Shown: piece after piece, positions 9,152-16,419 of the stretch | Position numbering within the stretch: position 1 is the stretch's first letter | Layout of the letters: the number at the start of each line of letters is the position of its first letter | NCBI GenBank assembly: GCA_013289475.1 | Contig: JABCZW010000004.1 | Span: 3,596-67,595, forward strand | Direction of reading: 5' to 3' | Length of the DNA: 64,000 nucleotides | Source: Bacteroidota bacterium | Lineage (GTDB): Bacteria > Bacteroidota > Bacteroidia > JABEUT01 | Translations under genes and position numbers: made by a program | The notes under the pieces: model-generated | Told to the model about the DNA's origin: nothing | Database searches by the model: none | Seen by the model: only the letters and a program-made list of their open reading frames with translations

Positions 9152-11023
9152 TTACATAAAGTTATCCCACCACATTTCAAATACCAGCAAATTCCATAAT
9201 AATTTCCGATGGTTTTGTTTTAAAGCCAGGTGTTCCTGCTTTAATTTATATATGTATGAATAGTTGAAAATGCCATGCTTATTTATCCTTTCCTCTGAAA
9301 GGTAATGCTCCATAGTTTCTTTTAATTCATTCCTGAGCCACAAGGAAACGGGTATGCCAAAACCTTTTTTAGGGCGGTCAATTATTTCATTGGGGAGTTT
9401 ATTGCGCATCAACTCTTTTAATAAACGCTTGCCTGTAAACCCTTTTATTTTGTAGCTTTTGGGTAGATTATTTAAAAACTCTACTACGTTTACATCTAGG
9501 AATGGAGCGCGGACTTCCAATGAAGTATACATGCTTGCCCTGTCTACCTTCACTAATATATCTTCCAATAAATAAGTGCGGTAGTAAGAGTAAAGCAGGC
9601 GGTTAAACTCACTTGCATGGGGCACATCGGTTAAATACCTGTCAATACTGGTTAAGCCATTACCATTGGTTAGGCTATGTAGTGCCGCAGAAGTAAATAA
9701 TTTACTTTTTAAAGACGGAGTAAAACTGCCCAGCCAAAGCGTATGTATATATTGTTTACTTTCTTCAAAGCCTTTGAAAAATTGGGTAAGTTTAAAGTCG
9801 AGGCTAATGTTTTTATCACTGGGGGGTAATAAATTTGTCAGTGAAGAAAAGGACTTAATAAGTGGCTTGGGCAGGGCATTAAAGAAGTTCAGGAACTTAT
9901 TTGAAATGAAGGTAGGATATCCAGCCAATAATTCATCGCTGCCATCGCCACCCAATGCCACTGTAACATGTTTGCGGGTGAATTTTGAAAGAAAATATGT
10001 AGGTATAATTGATGGATCTGCAAAGGGTTCGTCAAGTTTGCTTGTTATTTCAGGTATAAGGCTTAATGAAGTATTGGCAGATAAAATATCTTCATGATGA
10101 TTTGTCCCTAATTGTTTTGCAACCAGTTTTGCATAACTGCTTTCATCGTAACTCTTTTCAGAAAAACCAATGGAATAAGTATTGATTTTTGATGAGGCAT
10201 TTTTTTGAGCATAATATGCAACGGTACTGCTATCAAGCCCGCCACTTAAAAACACCCCTAATGGCACATCAGACATTAGCCTATCTGCAACAGCATTGTT
10301 TAATAGCTTATCTAATGTTATTGTAGCATCGGTGAATGATATGTTTTGTTCTGAAAAATTTACATGCCAATATGCTTGTTTGGTTGTAATCTCACCATCT
10401 TCAAAAATCATATACTGCGATGCTTCCAGCTTGTGTATGTTTTTGAAAATAGTATTGGGCGTTGGTATATAATCAAATGTCAGGTATTCGTTAACAGCAT
10501 CAAGGTTCAGTTCTTTGGTAACCAATGGGTGTTGTAAAATAGCTTTCAGTTCGGATGCAAATACAATGGTGCCATTTATTATTGAATAGTGCAGCGGCTT
10601 TTTCCCCATTCTGTCGCGAGCCAACAACAACTTCTTCTTGTTGAAATCATAAATGGCAAGGGCAAACATTCCATTCATTTTTTCAAGAAACTTCTCACCA
10701 TACTCCATGTACAGGTATACTATTACTTCAGTATCTGATGTTGTCCGGAATGTGTATTTATTCAGGCGCATTAATTCTTCCTTCAGTGCAAGGTAATTAT
10801 ATATTTCACCGTTAAATGTCAGCATAACCGATCTATCGGCCGAAAAGAATGGCTGTTGTGCCTCAGGGCTTAAATCAATTATACTTAGGCGTGCATGGGC
10901 AAAACCCGCATTTTCAATCAGCGATGTACCCTGGTAATCAGGCCCGCGATAACTGATCGCCTTGATCATCCGCCTTAAATCGTCTTCGCTGCCCTTACCT
11001 ACAAAACCTGCTATTCCGCACAT
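9152..11023 (-). CDS. asparagine synthase (glutamine-hydrolysing) family amidotransferase, paralogue 1
   Basis: 623 aa. MCGIAG provides the N-terminal Cys2 nucleophile, and the PP-loop SGGLDSS is present. It sits inside a glycan operon. Confidence 0.85.
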   Translation of the reverse strand: MCGIAGFVGKGSEDDLRRMIKAISYRGPDYQGTSLIENAGFAHARLSIIDLSPEAQQPFFSADRSVMLTFNGEIYNYLALKEELMRLNKYTFRTTSDTEVIVYLYMEYGEKFLEKMNGMFALAIYDFNKKKLLLARDRMGKKPLHYSIINGTIVFASELKAILQHPLVTKELNLDAVNEYLTFDYIPTPNTIFKNIHKLEASQYMIFEDGEITTKQAYWHVNFSEQNISFTDATITLDKLLNNAVADRLMSDVPLGVFLSGGLDSSTVAYYAQKNASSKINTYSIGFSEKSYDESSYAKLVAKQLGTNHHEDILSANTSLSLIPEITSKLDEPFADPSIIPTYFLSKFTRKHVTVALGGDGSDELLAGYPTFISNKFLNFFNALPKPLIKSFSSLTNLLPPSDKNISLDFKLTQFFKGFEESKQYIHTLWLGSFTPSLKSKLFTSAALHSLTNGNGLTSIDRYLTDVPHASEFNRLLYSYYRTYLLEDILVKVDRASMYTSLEVRAPFLDVNVVEFLNNLPKSYKIKGFTGKRLLKELMRNKLPNEIIDRPKKGFGIPVSLWLRNELKETMEHYLSEERINKHGIFNYSYIYKLKQEHLALKQNHRKLLWNLLVFEMWWDNFM

Positions 11024-11030
11024 AATAATT

Positions 11031-12497
11031 CTATAAATCGGTGGCCTCTAATTTATTTACTAATGAAGGTGAGAATTTATTTAACAACCAATATAAGCAA
11101 TATCCGGCACAAATAACTATAAATGGATAAGCCGGTATAAGGTATCTGTTCTCATTCTCTCTTATTACAACTGCATGAATAAGAATAGTAAAAACCGGTA
11201 TTGCCGGAATTATACAATTTAAATATAATTTGAAGATTAACGGTAGCATAAGTAATATGCCCAAAAAGCCAAAACTTAGTATTATATAATAATAAGCATT
11301 ATAGAATTTGCTGATGGTATTATTAATGTAAAGCTTAGTAACAGGGTGTATGCTAAACAGCAGTGCATTCAACCTTTTTTCATTACTTTTTATGTAAAAT
11401 ACATATGGGTTTTCTTTCTTTTCTGACAAAGTATATCGATTAAATTTCTCAATAACTGTTCTTTGATAGTCTGATTTCTGCAGCGTAGAAAGACATGAAT
11501 CAGTTGTCATCCGGGTTATAAGGTTCTTTAATGTTTTAAGGCTATCGGCATTAAATTGGGATGTATAAATATAACCCGGAAAGGGAACAGAATCATTTTT
11601 TGAGCCTGAACCAAACGTACAAGGCTTGCCATTGCCGAACCATGATATTTCAGCTTTAGGGTCTACAAACCAAATAGCTCCTCCCCACGATTGTGTAAAT
11701 TCTATCATCGATTTTAAATGGGTATTCTCAATCCATGGAAAATAAACTGTTTTGGTGAGAGGTGCAATTTTTTTGTAGTTTATATAATTACGTACTATCC
11801 ATGCTCCGTCTATTATTGCAATAGGGAGGAGCAACAAAAACGCAGGAAACATTTTTCTTTTGGAGCGCATTAATACTATTACCGCCAGTACAAACAGAAT
11901 CAAAAAAAGTGGCGAAAAAATTGGGCGTAAAAAGGTTGTCCAGGTTAAAAATGAGCCGGAGAAAATAAGTTCTTTTATTTCATATTTGTCAAAATAACGT
12001 GCAAAAAAATGAATGGATAAAATAAGGGTAGATGTAGTCAGACTTTCTGATATAAGCACGGGGTCCTGGATGCTTGAGAAGATGCTGGTGGTATAAATCA
12101 GGAAAGTGAGATAGAAAAGAGTATTGCTTTTGAATATTTTTTTTACGGTCAAAGCCAGCACATAAACAGAGAGTGATGAAAGCAGCAATTGAATTATAAT
12201 TAAAATATTACAGGCTGTGGCTTTTGAGAAAACAAGTAACAAAGGATAGTAAAGCACTCCGAACCCTGGCATACGGTAATCGGGGGTGTAAGAGCCTGTT
12301 TTTATTAGATTTTCAAATGGCAGCATGTATCCTTCGGAATCACCACGTAACCCGCCCCAAAAGCCCGGAAAATGATTGTATTGGCTAAAATGTATTACCA
12401 GCAAGAAAAAGATTAACCTGCTTATAAAGGCTAAACTAAGCCAGTATGGCCATTTTGATGTTGCAGGAAACAATAGTGTTATAAAGCCTTTACCCAT
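11031..12497 (-). CDS. polytopic membrane protein, putative GT-C-fold glycosyltransferase, paralogue 3
   Basis: 488 aa. Motifs GDSEGY..NLIKTGSYTPDYRMPGFG, WGG, IYTSQFNADSL and RYLIPAYPF, with the same TM layout as the other two paralogues. Confidence 0.55.
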   Translation of the reverse strand: MGKGFITLLFPATSKWPYWLSLAFISRLIFFLLVIHFSQYNHFPGFWGGLRGDSEGYMLPFENLIKTGSYTPDYRMPGFGVLYYPLLLVFSKATACNILIIIQLLLSSLSVYVLALTVKKIFKSNTLFYLTFLIYTTSIFSSIQDPVLISESLTTSTLILSIHFFARYFDKYEIKELIFSGSFLTWTTFLRPIFSPLFLILFVLAVIVLMRSKRKMFPAFLLLLPIAIIDGAWIVRNYINYKKIAPLTKTVYFPWIENTHLKSMIEFTQSWGGAIWFVDPKAEISWFGNGKPCTFGSGSKNDSVPFPGYIYTSQFNADSLKTLKNLITRMTTDSCLSTLQKSDYQRTVIEKFNRYTLSEKKENPYVFYIKSNEKRLNALLFSIHPVTKLYINNTISKFYNAYYYIILSFGFLGILLMLPLIFKLYLNCIIPAIPVFTILIHAVVIRENENRYLIPAYPFIVICAGYCLYWLLNKFSPSLVNKLEATDL

Positions 12498-12584
12498 TAT
12501 GCATTTATCATAACAAATATAAAGTATTTTGAAGTATAGTATTATTGGTATTTGCCTATCCGAAACACCGGAATAGCTTTATTA

Positions 12585-13318
12585 CTATTCCTTTTTTCTG
12601 GCAACACAAAAAATTGATGAACCGTAAAGTTTTTTTTGCATCAACCAACACTCCGCTATAAAACATACCGCAATTATTCTATGCAATAGTTTTACCAAAC
12701 TATTGGGTGGGGCAGGGGTTTTAATTGGCCTGTCTTTACGGAATTTTTTAAGCAATAAAATTGAAAGATATATTGAGTTAAATACGTAGCGTATATCAAC
12801 AACTTCAAAGCCTGCTCTATTAATAAGTTTCTCGGTCATTTTTAAGTCATACCTTCTGAAATGACGGTAAAAGTCATCGAAATTGGTCCATATTTCCTTT
12901 CTTGCCGGAACCGTGAGTACCAGGTGGGTTACTCCTTCATACTTTGCTAAAACAGATTTCAGGAACCTTTCATCATCCTCAATGTGTTCAATAACATCAA
13001 GAAGCATTAGTGTTTTGAATTTTTTTCTGAAGTTTTCATCTAAATCAAGTGCATTGGTACCGGTTACTATCTTACCTTCAATTCCATCTAAGGGTAATAC
13101 ATTTGCGAGTTCAACGCCAAAGCAGTCAATATTTCTGCGGGTTAAATATTTTATAATTATCCCCTGGCACAACCAATTTCAATTATCGGGCCGTTGAATA
13201 GTTTTTTTTCTTTAATGGTCCGGTATAAAATATGGTTCCTTGCCAACGACCAATATGAAACCTCGGCACCGGCAGGGTATCCAATACTAAACTCGGCATC
13301 ATTATAGGCAGTACTCAT
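12585..13318 (-). pseudogene. class I SAM-dependent methyltransferase interrupted by a 1-nt frameshift
   Basis: The ATG at 13318 directly abuts the upstream gene's stop (13319-13321). That frame reads MSTAYNDAEF...NGPIIEIGCARG and then hits TAA at 13157-13159. The tracked ORF 12585-13172 continues in another frame as (L)CQGIIIKYL. One extra G in the G4 run (C4 on the + strand, 13161-13164) would give IIEIGCARGIIIKYL. The total length of 734 nt is not a multiple of 3. Confidence 0.7.
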
Positions 13319-14140
13319 CTATTTCTTCTTGCCTCCGAATTTCCATGAGTTGCCATTTCTGAAAATAATGTAAGCGGAGCTCTTATCTATTTCAGGATAC
13401 TTATCGAGCCATTCCTGTATGGTTTGTTTAGATATATAAACGGTTTGAGGGGTGACCAACTGATCAAACGCCACGTGCCTGAAAAAAAGAAAACCTCTTT
13501 TTGCTATCCAACAGGAATATTCATATAATGGAAACTTCTTGAACATTTTACTTGTAGAAATTATCTTTGCGTATATAAAGTAAGGTACAACAATTGGTGT
13601 AGCAATGAGGTATTTAGTAAACCACCAGGGCAGCTTTGAAGCTATTTTCCTGATTGGATCAACAATATAAATTACAACTGTGTTACCTTCTTTGGCGTAA
13701 ACCCAGCAGTGAAAACGCCCTCCGGGCTTTGTGTTCCTTAAAACAGATTCAAACCCGTCGATTGGCTTTTTTAAGTGATGTAATACACCAATGCAATAAA
13801 CAAGATCATAACCACTACCGGCAAACTTGGTAAGGTCAAATTGCGTGATTTTGAAGTTTTTAAACCCGGTTTGCGCCATGTTTTTTTCGCACGAAAGAAC
13901 AGAATCTCCCAAATCAACACCTTCAATATACGCAGGTTGCCAAGCAGGTATATGGCATAATAGGCTTCCGTTCCCGCAACCTAGTTCTAAAACTGTTTTA
14001 CCGGCCACATCCGCCTTAGTAATAGGGGCAAACCAATCCTCAAACTGGTCGACTGTATATACTGATCCTCCTGGTAAATTGTTCCACGAAGAAGCAAATG
14101 CCTCTGCTGTTTTCTTATCCTCAGATTCTAATGTATTCAC
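13319..14140 (-). CDS. class I SAM-dependent methyltransferase
   Basis: 273 aa with motif I VLELGCGNGS. Its start lies 1 nt from the upstream gene's stop. Confidence 0.8.
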   Translation of the reverse strand: MNTLESEDKKTAEAFASSWNNLPGGSVYTVDQFEDWFAPITKADVAGKTVLELGCGNGSLLCHIPAWQPAYIEGVDLGDSVLSCEKNMAQTGFKNFKITQFDLTKFAGSGYDLVYCIGVLHHLKKPIDGFESVLRNTKPGGRFHCWVYAKEGNTVVIYIVDPIRKIASKLPWWFTKYLIATPIVVPYFIYAKIISTSKMFKKFPLYEYSCWIAKRGFLFFRHVAFDQLVTPQTVYISKQTIQEWLDKYPEIDKSSAYIIFRNGNSWKFGGKKK

Positions 14141-14141
14141 A

Positions 14142-14705
14142 CTATTTCTTTATAAAAATATACTCAATTTCTTCAAATCCTCCTACCCAAAAACACCATA
14201 TACGTGAACAAAGTGATGGGCTAAGCTTTGCGAAAAAATTAATTATAACATTAATAACATGCATAACAGAAATAATAAACTTACTAATGCCCATATAAGG
14301 AAGCAGATGAAAGAATGCAAAATAATGAAGTTCAACTTTTTCTAATTCAAATGCTACACCGTAATAACCTGATTTGGTGAATGTGGGATTGAAATAGTAC
14401 GGAAATGTGAGATCGAAACCTGCCTTATGTTCAGAGTGTGTAAAGCCGCGACTAAAATGTGGTACCTTTAATTGCAATTTTCCTCCTTTTTTGAGTATTC
14501 TGTGGAGCTCTTTCATAATGACAAGTGGTTTATCCAGGTGTTCTATCACATGTGAAGCGAGAATAAAATCAAACTCCTCGTCTTTAAAAGGGTATGGGAT
14601 AACATTCAGGTCGTATTGTAAATCTACTTTTACATGAGAATGAAAATCAATATTTACAAAACCTTCCTTATAATCAATGCCGCAACCCAGGTTTAACTTA
14701 TTCAT
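14142..14705 (-). CDS. class I SAM-dependent methyltransferase (Methyltransf_11-like)
   Basis: 187 aa with N-terminal LNLGCG and FDFILASHVIEHL. Confidence 0.75.
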   Translation of the reverse strand: MNKLNLGCGIDYKEGFVNIDFHSHVKVDLQYDLNVIPYPFKDEEFDFILASHVIEHLDKPLVIMKELHRILKKGGKLQLKVPHFSRGFTHSEHKAGFDLTFPYYFNPTFTKSGYYGVAFELEKVELHYFAFFHLLPYMGISKFIISVMHVINVIINFFAKLSPSLCSRIWCFWVGGFEEIEYIFIKK

Positions 14706-14706
14706 A

Positions 14707-15648
14707 TTAAAAGTTAACTTTCTCTTTAATAGTGAAAGGGAACTTATTTTGACTTTCGTAATAGGTGCGCATCATCATTTCGGCAAGCACACCCATAAGA
14801 ACCATTACAATACCAACTATAAAAAACATGGCTGCAATAGTTGGCAGGGGAGTTTGAATAAAATCTTTTTGCCCGGTTAGTTTAAAATAAATAGCCAGGC
14901 CTGCAGATAGAAGCATAACAAGGAAAGACAAAATGCCGGCCCCGCCAAAAAAATGTATAGGGCGCTGCATAAATTTATCCAGAAATTTTATAAGAACAAG
15001 GTCAAGTATTACTTTATATATCCTGAATAAACCATAGTTACTCTTGCCATACATACGTGGCTGATAGTTCACCGGAATTTCAGTAACCTTGCCGCCCTGC
15101 CATTGGCAGAATACGGGTATAAAGCGATGCATTTGCCCATAGAGGCGTACATCCTTTATCACATCTCTTTTGTATGCTTTTAAGGTGCAGCCATAATCGT
15201 GCAACTTAACACCCGATATTTTGCTTATTAGGCCATTGGCTGCCAGCGACGGTATTTTTCGCGTAAGAAACTGCCCTTTCCACCTGGCTTGCCTCCATCC
15301 ACTCACTACATCATATCCTTCTTCCATTTTGGCCAATAGTTTGGGAATATCATTCGGATCGTTCTCCAGATCACTGTCAATAAGAATCAATATATCTCCC
15401 GTGGCGGACTGTATACCTGCATTAATAGCTGCTGTCTGGCCAAAGTTTCTTTTTAAGTTTATGAGTTTAATAGCGGAGTTTTTTGCAGCTGTTTTCAGCA
15501 TTTCATCCCACGATGAATCTTTTGAGCCGTCATTTACTGCAATAATCTCATATTCATAACCCGTCAAAGCCTTTTCAAGCGTACTGAAAAGTAATTCAAT
15601 GCCTTTGGCTTCGTTATAAACCGGAAGTATTATAGAAAGCCTAGACAT
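14707..15648 (-). CDS. GT2 polyprenyl-phosphate glycosyltransferase (GtrB/ArnC/DPM1-like)
   Basis: 313 aa. Motifs LSIILPVYNE, NDGSKDSS and DSDLEND (DxD), plus two C-terminal TM helices typical of this GT2 subgroup. Confidence 0.8.
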   Translation of the reverse strand: MSRLSIILPVYNEAKGIELLFSTLEKALTGYEYEIIAVNDGSKDSSWDEMLKTAAKNSAIKLINLKRNFGQTAAINAGIQSATGDILILIDSDLENDPNDIPKLLAKMEEGYDVVSGWRQARWKGQFLTRKIPSLAANGLISKISGVKLHDYGCTLKAYKRDVIKDVRLYGQMHRFIPVFCQWQGGKVTEIPVNYQPRMYGKSNYGLFRIYKVILDLVLIKFLDKFMQRPIHFFGGAGILSFLVMLLSAGLAIYFKLTGQKDFIQTPLPTIAAMFFIVGIVMVLMGVLAEMMMRTYYESQNKFPFTIKEKVNF

Positions 15649-15690
15649 ATTGATGCGTAAGGTTAACGATTAATGTATGCAAAGATAAAT

Positions 15691-16401
15691 TTAAAAGTTA
15701 GGTTTAAGCAGGTATTTGCTGTAAAACAGGTTAATGGCTTCAACCACTTCATCGGCAGTATCAACTACACTAAAAAGGTTCAAATCTTCAGGGCTTGCAT
15801 TTTTCTCCGCATCAATCATTTCTTCCTTTATCCATTTTAAAAGGCCTTCCCAATATTTTTTACCCACCATTACAACAGGGAAGTGAGCTACTTTATTGGT
15901 TTGTATAAGTGTGAGTGCTTCAAATAATTCATCTAATGTGCCGAAGCCACCGGGTAATACCACAAAGCCCTGGGCATATTTAACAAACATTACTTTACGG
16001 ACAAAAAAGTAGTCGAAGCTTATTAATTTATCATGGTCAATAAAAGGGTTATGTGATTGTTCCATAGGTAAGGTAATGTTCAATCCTACAGAACGGCCTC
16101 CGCCTGCTTTGGCGCCTTTATTGGCTGCCTCCATAATGCCGGGCCCCCCGCCTGTTATAACACCATACCCGTTGCGGGTAAGCTTAAAAGCAATTTCAGA
16201 TGCAAGCTTGTAATAGGTATGCGAAGGCTTTGTCCTAGCTGAGCCAAATAAAGACACGCAAGGGCCTACTTTTGCCATTTTCTCGAATCCTTCAACAAAT
16301 TCGGCCATTACCCTGAATATTTGCCAGGAGTCTGTTGCCTTTACTTCATTCCATGACTTATCCTGAAAGGCTTTTTGTATTTGTTCTTCGTCGTTGAGCA
16401 T
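15691..16401 (-). CDS. LOG family / TIGR00730 Rossmann-fold protein
   Basis: 236 aa with GGGPGIMEA and PGGFGTLDELFE motifs. Confidence 0.85.
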   Translation of the reverse strand: MLNDEEQIQKAFQDKSWNEVKATDSWQIFRVMAEFVEGFEKMAKVGPCVSLFGSARTKPSHTYYKLASEIAFKLTRNGYGVITGGGPGIMEAANKGAKAGGGRSVGLNITLPMEQSHNPFIDHDKLISFDYFFVRKVMFVKYAQGFVVLPGGFGTLDELFEALTLIQTNKVAHFPVVMVGKKYWEGLLKWIKEEMIDAEKNASPEDLNLFSVVDTADEVVEAINLFYSKYLLKPNF

Positions 16402-16419
16402 ATGAGATGTGATTAAGTG

